From Chloroflexota bacterium (GTDB lineage: Bacteria; Chloroflexota; UBA11872; VXOZ01), in NCBI GenBank assembly GCA_964291655.2, contig OZ219802.1:800001-864000 (forward strand): a stretch of DNA of 64,000 bases, written 5' to 3'. Of the stretch, positions 38,790 through 48,073 are shown piece by piece. Position numbers and translations under genes: made by a program. Numbering within the stretch: position 1 is the first letter of the stretch; each line of letters opens with the position of its first letter. The notes under the pieces were generated by a model. The model made no database searches. It worked only from the letters and a program-made list of their open reading frames with translations, and was not told where the DNA came from.

Positions 38790-39419
38790 ATGAGCACAAG
38801 TCCACAGAGTGAGTCGTCCAAAGCCACATCGCCAATCTACAACATCGTGGGCGACAAAGTGGCGCTCGGCCCGCAGCGCAAAGACCTGGTCCCCACCTAT
38901 CTGCGCTGGTTCAACGACTTTCACACTCTGCGCACGATGGGCGCCATGCCGGTGCCGCTGACGTTGGAGCAGGAAGATAAGTGGTACGAGCGCGCGATCA
39001 CGCGTAGCGATACCGACATATTCTTCACAATCTATGAAAGGACTGCTAAGCGTCCCATCGGCAACGTCGAACTCCGTGACATCGATCACCGTAATCGTAC
39101 GTCCCTCTTCGGTATTGCCATCGGCGAACCGGACGCCCGTGGCAAGGGCTACGGCACCGAAGCGACCCAACTTATGCTCGACTTCGCCTTCACGGTGCAA
39201 GGTCTGCACAACGTGATGCTTCACGTCCACGAGTACAACCTCGCCGGCATCCGCGCGTACACGAAAGCCGGGTTTAAAGAGTTCGGCCGCCGTCGCGAAA
39301 GCCACTTCATGGGCGGCAAATTCTGGGACGTGATTCACATGGAATGCCTGGCCACAGAGTGGGGACCCAGTCCGGTGCTGGCCGAGGTCTTCAAACCCGA
39401 CGAACCGCGACAGTCCTAG
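38790..39419 (+). CDS. RimJ/RimL/SpeG-like GNAT acetyltransferase, copy 3
   Basis: Same motifs; AGGA RBS. Confidence 0.9.
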   Translation: MSTSPQSESSKATSPIYNIVGDKVALGPQRKDLVPTYLRWFNDFHTLRTMGAMPVPLTLEQEDKWYERAITRSDTDIFFTIYERTAKRPIGNVELRDIDHRNRTSLFGIAIGEPDARGKGYGTEATQLMLDFAFTVQGLHNVMLHVHEYNLAGIRAYTKAGFKEFGRRRESHFMGGKFWDVIHMECLATEWGPSPVLAEVFKPDEPRQS

Positions 39420-39476
39420 GCGAGCTGATTTCCGTTCGCCCTGAGCCTGTCGAAGGGCTATCCGCATAGATCACAA

Positions 39477-40112
39477 ATGAATACTCAGTCAAAGGCAGAG
39501 CCACCAGCAGTACCGACTCTCGTCAACATCGTGGGCGAGAAAATAGTGCTCGGTCCCATGGGCAGGGACCTGATCCCTGCCTACGCGCGTTGGTATAACG
39601 ATCTGCATATGCTGCGCGCGCTTGGCGACATTCCTCGTCCGCAGACCCCGGCACAGAAAGCGCAGTGGTACGAAAACGCGAATACAGGTAGTGGCTCGAA
39701 CATCACTTTCACGATATGCGAGCACGACTCCGCGCGCCCAATTGGGATAGTCGGCCTCTACGGCGTCGACTTTCGCAACCGCACCGCCGAATTCGCAATC
39801 ACGATCGCTGAACCGGACGCGCGGAGCAAGGGCTACGGCACGGAAGCGACGCGACTGATGCTCGACTATGCGTTCACCGCATTGGACCTGCACAACGTGA
39901 TGCTGCGGGTCTTCGCATTCAACGTCGCCGGCATTCGTACGTACACAAAAGCCGGGTTCAAAGAGTTTGGCCGCCGCCGTGAATGCTACTCGATGGGCGG
40001 CACGAATTGGGACGTGATCTATATGGAATGCCTGGCTACGGAATGGGGGCCAAGCCCGGTGCTCGCCGAGGTCTTCAAGCCGGACCAGCCACACCAAAAC
40101 CGTAAGTGTTGA
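39477..40112 (+). CDS. RimJ/RimL/SpeG-like GNAT acetyltransferase, copy 4
   Basis: Same motifs, shared C-terminal EWGPSPVLAEVFKPD. Confidence 0.9.
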   Translation: MNTQSKAEPPAVPTLVNIVGEKIVLGPMGRDLIPAYARWYNDLHMLRALGDIPRPQTPAQKAQWYENANTGSGSNITFTICEHDSARPIGIVGLYGVDFRNRTAEFAITIAEPDARSKGYGTEATRLMLDYAFTALDLHNVMLRVFAFNVAGIRTYTKAGFKEFGRRRECYSMGGTNWDVIYMECLATEWGPSPVLAEVFKPDQPHQNRKC

Positions 40113-40442
40113 CGAAGACCACAGACTACGGTCGGCGGAAACCACCTCTTCCTCGAGGAGACCTTCCCACAACTCAGGCCGGTAAGTGAAAAGATCCCCT
40201 CACCCTAACCCTCTCCCCCAGGAGAGGGAACCGGAGCCGCTCCATACTTGCTCGGATTCGAACTCTGCACTCTCGCTTCCCGGGGAGAGGTGCTGAGACA
40301 TTTCCCTCAGAATCTAGTCTCGCAAGGGTCTCCCCAGGAGAGGGCCGGGGTGAGGGTGTTTCCTAATACTTCAACGTCATCGCATGGCTGAATGGGCATT
40401 TTATCGCACATAGTTTGGGAAGTGGTGGCTCATGCCATGCCA

Positions 40443-41228
40443 TTACGCCATGCCCAGACGTCTTTCCAAGAACTCCCGGTTATACACCGCCGACGCATGG
40501 GCGTCATCGCCGGTGGAAGTCTCCAGCACCAGCCAACCGTCGTAGCCGATAGCATCAATTGCCGTAAAGATGGCGTCCCAGTCCAGCGGGCCGGTGCCCA
40601 TGAGGGGGATACTGTCAGGTTCCTTCGTGTGGATCTGGCTGACAAGGTCGCCAAGTGCCCGCAGATCCTCAGCGGGGTCAAACCCCTGCGTATGGGCGTT
40701 GCCGACATCGAAATAGACGCCGATTTGCGGTGAATCGATGGCGGCAACCAGGCGGCGAAAACGTTCCACCGACTGTGGATGCGTACGACCCACGCTCTCC
40801 GGCGCCATTGTGACGCCGGCGCGTTCCGCCGCGGGCATGATCTCGCTGAAACCGTCCACCCAGCGGTCGAACGACTCGTCGTAGGGCTGCTCGGGGGGTG
40901 CGTCCATGGCGCAGAGGATCAGCCGGGAATCGAGTGCCGCAGCAGCCGCAATGGCGTTCGTCGCCACCTGAATGCCCTGCCGGCGGGCGTCGCTATCCCC
41001 CGTCAACATCACTCCAAGATTGCCGACGCACAGCGAGCAGACCGCTACGCCCGTCTCGGCCGACTGGCGTTTCAGCACATCCCAGCCGGACTGCTGCGCA
41101 AGTATGTTTCCCACCGGGTCGCGGGCGCTGATGGAGAACTCCAGCCCCGCAAAGCCCAGTGCCGCGGCTACCGGCAGGGCGTCCTCTCCTTCAGCGCCAA
41201 TCGAGCCCGTACGTGTGCCGATTTTCAT
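40443..41228 (-). CDS. Sugar phosphate isomerase/epimerase (xylose-isomerase-like TIM barrel)
   Basis: GFAGLE, MAPES, YFDVGN, IHTKE, GYDGWLVLE. Confidence 0.87.
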   Translation of the reverse strand: MKIGTRTGSIGAEGEDALPVAAALGFAGLEFSISARDPVGNILAQQSGWDVLKRQSAETGVAVCSLCVGNLGVMLTGDSDARRQGIQVATNAIAAAAALDSRLILCAMDAPPEQPYDESFDRWVDGFSEIMPAAERAGVTMAPESVGRTHPQSVERFRRLVAAIDSPQIGVYFDVGNAHTQGFDPAEDLRALGDLVSQIHTKEPDSIPLMGTGPLDWDAIFTAIDAIGYDGWLVLETSTGDDAHASAVYNREFLERRLGMA

Positions 41229-42262
41229 TGCGCTACCACCTCAAGGTCATCGGTGATCCGCACTTCGCGCCGCAACTCCGCCGACTTCTGCGCGGCGTAG
41301 GTGAAGGCAAATGACCGCAGCGAATCGGAGTAGGGCGATAGAATACCGTCCTGTGTGTTATTGGCAACCGCGTTGACAAACGCCTGGTTGAGCAAGAGAT
41401 TTGAGTCCTGATCGGACGTGATAGTCTCCGGCTGCTCGCCAGGACGCCAGTACGTCGTGCTATCGAATCCTGCCGTCACCGTGAGGTCTTTGGCGAGAAT
41501 GTGCAGCACATTGGTGACGTTCGGCGGAATGCCCGCATGGGCCGCAGGCGAGTTGCCGATCATGCCCACCGCGCGATTCTTGAAACGCACGGTGGCCGCA
41601 TTGACGTCGAAGATGTTCAGATTCGGCGTATCCGTGAGCAGCACCGTGTCGCCAGCGGCGTAAATGGTATCCGGCTCGCCCACGAAATAGCGCACCAGGT
41701 CTATGCCGTGCGTATGCTGCTCGATGAGCATGCCACCCGACTGCTCCTGCACCCGCCACCACGGCGTACCCGGCAAGCCGCCCCAGCGCACGGCAATGAC
41801 CATGCCAATCGGCACACCATCCAGCAGCGCGCGGGTCTGCCCGACGGATGGCGCATACCGCATCTGATAGCCGACCGAGTTCACTATCCCTTTTTCGGCA
41901 ATGTGGGCCGCTATCTCCTTAGCTACGGAAAGCTCGAGAGCGATGGGCTTTTCGATCAATACCGCCTTACCGGCCGCGATCACGTCGTGGTCAATCTGGC
42001 CGTGCGCAAAGGTGGGCAATGAAATGTAGACCGCATCCAACTCCACCGCGTCCAGCATGGCCCGATGATCGGAAAAAATGCCCGGTTGTATGGGTCCGGC
42101 GCCCTCGGGCAAGGAGCCATTGATTGACTCTACAGCTCCCGCGCACCGCGGCTCATCGATGTCGCACAAGCCCACAATCTCCGCATCAGGTATCCGAATC
42201 AGATCGTGCATTTCGCGCACGGACCGCCCGCCAACGCCAATGATGCCTATTCTCACTGCCAC
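41225..42262 (-). CDS. Gfo/Idh/MocA family oxidoreductase
   Basis: RIGIIGVG, IEKP, GYQMRY, SGGMLIEQHTHGID. Confidence 0.92.
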   Translation of the reverse strand: MAVRIGIIGVGGRSVREMHDLIRIPDAEIVGLCDIDEPRCAGAVESINGSLPEGAGPIQPGIFSDHRAMLDAVELDAVYISLPTFAHGQIDHDVIAAGKAVLIEKPIALELSVAKEIAAHIAEKGIVNSVGYQMRYAPSVGQTRALLDGVPIGMVIAVRWGGLPGTPWWRVQEQSGGMLIEQHTHGIDLVRYFVGEPDTIYAAGDTVLLTDTPNLNIFDVNAATVRFKNRAVGMIGNSPAAHAGIPPNVTNVLHILAKDLTVTAGFDSTTYWRPGEQPETITSDQDSNLLLNQAFVNAVANNTQDGILSPYSDSLRSFAFTYAAQKSAELRREVRITDDLEVVAQ

Positions 42263-42803
42263 GGCACTTTGCTCCCTTCATGTGTGCGCTCGCTTCGCTC
42301 GCGCGGATGAGCCGACGCCGCTCGCGCCGGCCGCTTCTCAGCCTATTGTACGTGGCGCCGGATGAAACACAAAATCGCCACACATGTTAGGAAGCGAGTT
42401 GCTTCGAGCCTCCCCAGCAAGAGAGGCTGTGCTTTGCCCGAGGAGACTTTTGCGCCATTTCGGCCAGCGGCGCAAAATCTACATCCTCTCCTGGGGGAGA
42501 GGGCCGGGGTGAGGGGATTGCATGTTGTGCTGTCCTCATTTACCTCTAAGACCTATACAAAGACGGGTAAGACTGGCGAAAGTCACCCGAACTGCAGGGG
42601 ATTCCCCCTCACCACCGTATCGTGTCGATACGCTGTATCGAGTACGGGGCAGGCTCTAACCCTCTCCCTGGGGAGAGGGGGACTCTCTCGCTGTGGAATA
42701 GATTATCCAAGAGTCTCACAAGATAGAAGCACGACTTTGTCTGCCGGTCTCACGCGGTCTATACTGAGCCGTGAATACTCCCTTGTGTACAGGAGACCGC
42801 GCC

Positions 42804-43730
42804 ATGCAATTGACTGGCATCTATCCACCGCTTGCCACGCCTTTCGTGGATCAAGAACTCGCGTTGGACCTCCTTGCGGAGAACGTCAGGCAACTCGCGC
42901 CCACGGGTCTAATGGGCTTTGTTGCGCTTGGTTCCAACGGCGAATTGCCCGCGCTTACGGAATGCGAAAAGCTGCACGTGCTTGAGACCGTAGTCTCGAG
43001 TGCCCATGGGGACTCCCAAGTAATCGTTGGCGTGGGTTACGAGTCGACAAAGCAAGCGTTGGCCTTCATAACTGCGGCGGCTGCGCGCGGCGCCCACGCC
43101 GCTTTGGTGCTGCCGCCTTCCTACTATAAGTCTGCGCTGACTCCGGACGTATTGCGCGACTATTACGCAACGCTGGCGGACCGCGCCGACCTGCCGCTTC
43201 TGATCTACAACATGCCCGCCAATACCGGCATCAACCTTGGCCCCGATGTGGTCGTGCCCCTGGCGCAGCATCCGCGCATCATCGGCTTGAAGGACAGCTC
43301 CGGCAACATCGTGCAGATCACCGAGATCATCCGGCAGACACGAGACGAGGAATTCGCGGTCATGGCAGGATCAGCGAGCTTTCTTTTCACGTCACTTTGT
43401 GTGGGCGCCGCCGGCGGCGTGGCCGCGCTGGCGAACCTGGCGCCGCGCGAGTGCGTGCAGATCTTCAATCACTTCCAGCACGGCGAGGTCGATGAGGCGC
43501 GCGCACTTCAATTCCGGCTCATGTCGCCGAACGCCGCGGTTACGACCCGCTTTGGCGTTGCCGGCCTTAAAGCGGCGATGACCCTCTGCGGCTACTACGG
43601 CGGCGAACCACGCCACCCCCTCATGCCGTTGCCGAACGAAGCGCATGAAGCAGTGCGCGCCATCCTTGCAGAGGCTTACTTGCTGCCCAAAGACGAGTCG
43701 CGGTACGCGGATACAGCTGCGTCTGCTTGA
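42804..43730 (+). CDS. DHDPS-family aldolase, 4-hydroxy-2-oxoglutarate aldolase-like
   Basis: GIYPPLATPF, GSNGE (HOGA-type rather than GTTGE), IYNMPANTG, GLKDSSG. Confidence 0.85.
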   Translation: MQLTGIYPPLATPFVDQELALDLLAENVRQLAPTGLMGFVALGSNGELPALTECEKLHVLETVVSSAHGDSQVIVGVGYESTKQALAFITAAAARGAHAALVLPPSYYKSALTPDVLRDYYATLADRADLPLLIYNMPANTGINLGPDVVVPLAQHPRIIGLKDSSGNIVQITEIIRQTRDEEFAVMAGSASFLFTSLCVGAAGGVAALANLAPRECVQIFNHFQHGEVDEARALQFRLMSPNAAVTTRFGVAGLKAAMTLCGYYGGEPRHPLMPLPNEAHEAVRAILAEAYLLPKDESRYADTAASA

Positions 43731-43963
43731 CAGCTTGCCAAGTCTGTCGAAGAGAGTCGCCTGTGTTAGCCTCGCGCCAATGGAATTGCTCATGTACAGG
43801 CTTTCCGCCAGGTGAGGCTTCTTCAATCCAAGGGGCCTTCACTAAGTGATGGCTTGCGCCCGCTCTTGCATTGATCGCCCCCGCGATTTCTTTATCTCCG
43901 AGTTACCATACTCAGGCGATTCACAAAACTGTCGAAAAAGTGCTATTTTCTTCTTTAACATAC

Positions 43964-43993
43964 TTGACTAATTCCCCCAAAGAGTTTTACAAT
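43964..43993 (+). promoter_or_regulatory. Sigma70-type promoter upstream of the PspC-domain gene
   Basis: TTGACT-N18-TACAAT in an AT-rich stretch; GAGGAGG RBS follows. Confidence 0.55.
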
Positions 43994-44037
43994 CCTAAAG
44001 AGCATGTTTAGACTTGACTAGTGAGGAGGAGAGAGCG

Positions 44038-45198
44038 ATGGCAGAAAATGTAGAACCCGCCGTGCGGCGCCTCATGCGAAGCCGGGCCGATCGCACCTGC
44101 GCCGGCGTTTGTGGAGGCTTGGCAGAATACATCTATTGGGATCCCACCATCGTTCGACTGCTCTGGATATTTGCGATCTTTCTCTCCGGCGGTATGGCAC
44201 TGTTCGCATATCTCGCCTTCTGGATAGTCATGCCGGAAGCGCCGGCATACACAGGTGCGGGCGCAGGCTTTGCCCACGCGAAGCGCCTCACGCGCAGCCG
44301 CAACGAGCGCATGCTCGCCGGTGTGTGCGGCGGTCTGGCCGAGTATCTGGGCATGGATACCACTCTCATGCGCGTGCTCTGGGTCGTCGCAACCCTCATA
44401 AGCGGTGGCGTCACGCTGGTCGCTTACCCCATCTTCTGGCTGGTCATGCCGGAAAGCGGTCGGTTCACGTCGGCTGCCGACGATACATTTAAGGATGTGG
44501 CAGAGCGCGTAGACCCAATGGTAGAGCGCATAGGCGACCGGGTGCGGGAAACATTCAACAGGGAGCCGCGCCCTACCGATCCTGCAACTGCCAGGCGAGC
44601 CCAAGAGCAGGAGCTAGAAAACGAGATTCTCGGTATTAGCGAGGAAGACTTGCAGGGAGAGCAGCGCCCAGCGACCGCCGCACCTAAGGCGAAGGCAAAA
44701 AAGCGCTGGCTGCCCTTGTTTGGCGCGGGTTTGATCACTGTCGGCCTCATAGTGCTCGCCGAAAACGTGGACTTTCTGTGGTTCTCACCGGAATCGCTCG
44801 TGGTACTCGTTATTGGCGCTCTCTTGCTCTTCTATCGCAGCGATGATAGTCCTCGCCCAGCATGGCGCACCTGGGTCGGCGGTGGCTTGGTCCTCCTTAG
44901 CCTCCTGACTCTACTGGACAGTTTGAACGTCTTTTGGTTCTCGGATGGTATTGTTGGCGTATTCCTCATGATTGGAATCGGCCTCGTGATGCTGGTTCAT
45001 AGAAATCGGGCAATACCCCGACCGGCGTGGCGTACCTGGGTCGGCGGCGGTTTGGTAGCATTCGGGGGACTCATTGTCATCGATCAAATGCTCCCCTCTT
45101 TTGTTTCCAACTTCACCTGGCCGATGGCCTTGATCGGGTTTGGCGCATTCCTGTTGTGGCATTGGAGCCGCAGCAGAGCGGCAAGCAACGGCCATTGA
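44038..45198 (+). CDS. Envelope-stress membrane protein with two PspC domains and a repeated C-terminal TM region
   Basis: Two copies of RL.RSR..R..AGVCGGLAEY...D.T..R.LW; two RPAWRTWVGGGLV repeats. Confidence 0.87.
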   Translation: MAENVEPAVRRLMRSRADRTCAGVCGGLAEYIYWDPTIVRLLWIFAIFLSGGMALFAYLAFWIVMPEAPAYTGAGAGFAHAKRLTRSRNERMLAGVCGGLAEYLGMDTTLMRVLWVVATLISGGVTLVAYPIFWLVMPESGRFTSAADDTFKDVAERVDPMVERIGDRVRETFNREPRPTDPATARRAQEQELENEILGISEEDLQGEQRPATAAPKAKAKKRWLPLFGAGLITVGLIVLAENVDFLWFSPESLVVLVIGALLLFYRSDDSPRPAWRTWVGGGLVLLSLLTLLDSLNVFWFSDGIVGVFLMIGIGLVMLVHRNRAIPRPAWRTWVGGGLVAFGGLIVIDQMLPSFVSNFTWPMALIGFGAFLLWHWSRSRAASNGH

Positions 45199-45221
45199 CG
45201 CCTTGCCGACCGAATAGTGAG

Positions 45222-45260
45222 AGGGGGGTGTGCACCAAGACAATGCACACCCCCTTTGCT
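45222..45260 (+). terminator. Intrinsic terminator
   Basis: gggggtgtgca...tgcacacccc(c) stem followed by TTTGCTTT. Confidence 0.75.
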
Positions 45261-45418
45261 TTCTGCATTGCCAATCGCCATTACGCGCAATGCCTTCTTG
45301 CGTATGTCGGACCGCGCAAGTAAGTGTGTTGAACAGCCGTCTATCTAGTGCATGACAAATAAACGGGCATAGGCAATTGTTGTTGTCAAAGCGATCAAGC
45401 CACATTGGGAGGCTACGC

Positions 45419-46717
45419 ATGGCAAAGACACTAAGCGCCCCGGCAACATTGGCACTAGATGGCGGACCAAAGGCCGTGACCGCTCCGATTGACGACCGCT
45501 GGGAGCGTGTGACCGACCTGGAAAAGGAGTATGTGCTCCGCGTAATGGACAGCTTCGGCGACGCTTACGCCGAGTTAGACCTCTTTGAAAGAGAGTGGAG
45601 AGAGTTTATCGGCACCAAGCACGCGCTGGCCATGTGCAACGGCACCGCTACGCTGCATTCCGCGATCTTTGCGGCAGGCGCCCACGCCGGAAAAGAGGTG
45701 ATCGTGCTTTCCGTGACGTGGCATGCGAGCATCAGCCCCATCCTGCATTGCGGCGCGACGCCGGTGTTCTGCGATGCGGACCCGGAGACCTTCTGCGCCG
45801 ATCCGGCAGACGTCAGGCGCAAGAACACCGACCGCACCTGCACCATCGTCGTCACCCATGTCTACGGCAATCCGGCAGACCTCGACGCCTTCCGCGAAAT
45901 CGTGGACGGTACCGACATCGTCCTCATCGAGGACGCTTCACACGCCCACGGCGCGACCTGGGACGGGAAGCCGGTGGGCTCATTCGGCCACATCGGTTGC
46001 TTCAGCCTGCAGAAGGGCAAGGCCATGACGGGCATCGAGGCCGGTGTTGCCGTTACCGATGACGACGCGCTCTACGACCGCATGCTGGCGCTGGGGCAGT
46101 ACGGCCGCTGCGGCGAGCTCTGGTCCACTGCCGAGTTCGCGGACCTGCGTGACATGGGTCTTGGCGTGAAGTATCGCGCCAATCCACTTGCCATTGGCAT
46201 GGTGCGCGCGCAGTTCCGGCGGCTACCGGAGATGAACGAGAAACGCCGGGCATGGATTGACCGGCTCGACTCCTTGCTGAGCGCCATCCCGGGTGTACGT
46301 CCCCAGCAGGTCTATCCCAAGGCAGTACGGGGCGGCTTGGTGCACTACGCCGGGGCGCTCGACACGGAGGCTATTGGCGTGCCCGCCAATTCCATGCTGA
46401 GAGCGTTGGTCGCTGAAGGCGTACAGACAAAGTCGGAGATTACGCCGTTCGGCTACGGCGTGATGCACCTTGAGCCGCTGTTCAACGATTACGCCCTCGA
46501 TGGCGTAGGCGGTCCCTGGAAAGACCTTCCGTCAGATTCGCGCGTGCGCAGGCAGCGCGGCCATTTGCCCGCGAGCGAACGCATCCACGGCTCGGCCTTC
46601 TGGATCAAGACTCCCATCGACCCGAATCCGGAATGGGTGGAGCAATTCGGCGCAGCCTTCCGCAAGGTGATCGCCAATGCCGACCGTCTGTCCGAGGTTG
46701 CGCCCGTAGATGTCTAG
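45419..46717 (+). CDS. DegT/DnrJ/EryC1/StrS family PLP aminotransferase
   Basis: NGTATL, THVYG, IEDASHAHGA, SLQKGKAMTGIEAG. Confidence 0.9.
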   Translation: MAKTLSAPATLALDGGPKAVTAPIDDRWERVTDLEKEYVLRVMDSFGDAYAELDLFEREWREFIGTKHALAMCNGTATLHSAIFAAGAHAGKEVIVLSVTWHASISPILHCGATPVFCDADPETFCADPADVRRKNTDRTCTIVVTHVYGNPADLDAFREIVDGTDIVLIEDASHAHGATWDGKPVGSFGHIGCFSLQKGKAMTGIEAGVAVTDDDALYDRMLALGQYGRCGELWSTAEFADLRDMGLGVKYRANPLAIGMVRAQFRRLPEMNEKRRAWIDRLDSLLSAIPGVRPQQVYPKAVRGGLVHYAGALDTEAIGVPANSMLRALVAEGVQTKSEITPFGYGVMHLEPLFNDYALDGVGGPWKDLPSDSRVRRQRGHLPASERIHGSAFWIKTPIDPNPEWVEQFGAAFRKVIANADRLSEVAPVDV

Positions 46718-46767
46718 AGTTGACCCCTGTCGCACTGCCCTACCTGAGTCGCAGAGTTGTTAGGCTA

Positions 46768-47044
46768 CTAGTGGTTCGACATCTTTGCAGTGATGGGTAG
46801 GAGTGCCGGGGGATGAGTAGGAGCTCCGGTAGCACAGGTTTGTAACCTGTGCCCGGCCCCTCGGTTTGGTGTGCTCGCTCCACGCTACGGCAAGATGGCG
46901 CAGAGCCTGCCCCGTGCGTGATACGGGGTTGCAAACGTGTCCTGAGCACTTCGGCAGGCCTGTGCTGAGCCTGTCGAAGCGCTCAGTACAGGCTCTGTTG
47001 AAGGGACTACGCTACCTATCAATACAATCGTGTCGAACCACTAG
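46768..47044. mobile_element. 277-bp CTAG-bounded MITE-like element (expanded relative of 26271-26390)
   Basis: ctagtggttcgaca / tgtcgaaccactag termini; internal REP modules. Confidence 0.6.
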
Positions 47045-47062
47045 GTTGGGCTGGCTACGTTT

Positions 47063-47090
47063 GCGCTGAGGCAATGTATTGCCTCAGCGC
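47063..47090. promoter_or_regulatory. Perfect palindrome with 13-bp arms upstream of the MarR gene
   Basis: gcgctgaggcaat-gt-attgcctcagcgc. Confidence 0.4.
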
Positions 47091-47382
47091 CTTCAAGCAG
47101 CTAGTATGAATTTAGAGTAGCCTTAGTAGAACTCAACTCATAAATACCTCCTCTGTGCAAATGTGCTCTTCGACCCTTCGACAGAGCCAGTCCCGTACTC
47201 GACACAAGATATCGACACGATACGGGGGCAAACGGAAAAGGTAAGAATCCGTTCGTGCTGAGGGCTGCGCGAAGTCTGCTGCGCGAAGCCCTCGCCTGTC
47301 TGGAGCTTGACGAAGGGTCGAAGCACGAAACGGCATGACGAATCTATTTATGAGATATCCTCTAGATACAGGAAGGAGCACA

Positions 47383-47943
47383 GTGGAAGAGAGTCAGTAT
47401 GAAGAGGGATGGGTGGCGATTCCGGAGGATCTTGGGGGTTATGTAGCGGGCTTGAAGAACGCGGTGGAAAAAGGCGTCGAGGCGCAGCTTGCCCCCTTTG
47501 CCATCACCTCACAGGAATACGCCATCTTAATCATCTGCCAGGCCAAAGGGACGACTACGGTCTCGGAACTAGCGCAGTACATACCGGTTGACGCAGGACG
47601 CATCAGCCGCATTGTGAACAATCTCCACCAGCGCAGACTGCTGGCGCGGCGGCGCTTGAAAGAGGATCGGCGCGTGGTGAAGCTGTGGCTGACCGAGGAT
47701 GGGCAGCGTTTGGCGCCGGAACTCGTGGAGCGGGTGATGGTGTACAACGAGATGCTGGCGGAGGGGGTTACGCGTGAAGAGAGGGATGCGTTCGTCTCCG
47801 CGTACAACAAGGTCATGCGCAACTACGCGCGCTATCGGGACCGTCAGACTGAGGTAGAAAAGGCAGAACGAGAGGCGATGGCCACGCGCCGGCGGGAGCC
47901 CCAAGTCACCGCGAACCGCCCAGTCCTCGGCGAAGACGAATAA
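47383..47943 (+). CDS. MarR family transcriptional regulator
   Basis: ITSQEYAIL, VSELA, ISRIVNNL, EDRRVVKLWLTEDG; GGAAGGAG RBS before GTG 47383. Confidence 0.92.
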   Translation: MEESQYEEGWVAIPEDLGGYVAGLKNAVEKGVEAQLAPFAITSQEYAILIICQAKGTTTVSELAQYIPVDAGRISRIVNNLHQRRLLARRRLKEDRRVVKLWLTEDGQRLAPELVERVMVYNEMLAEGVTREERDAFVSAYNKVMRNYARYRDRQTEVEKAEREAMATRRREPQVTANRPVLGEDE

Positions 47944-48073
47944 GCGCAGACGCGCGGATTGCGCGATCCTGGCGCGTCACGGCGCGTTCATGCCAAGCGT
48001 AGAGAACTACGAGAGACTTGGGGAGATTCTTCGGCGTTTGCGGGTACGCAACGCGACGGCTCCCGTGCGAACG

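Noticed and set aside
37086-40112. Integron cassette array
   Set aside because: No integrase is present, the spacers are genome-wide REP-like repeats without attC RYYYAAC/GTTRRRY boxes, and the genes are paralogues rather than diverse cassettes.
42362-42985. 207-aa ORF upstream of the DHDPS-family gene
   Set aside because: Runs through REP/MITE sequence and overlaps the real gene out of frame.
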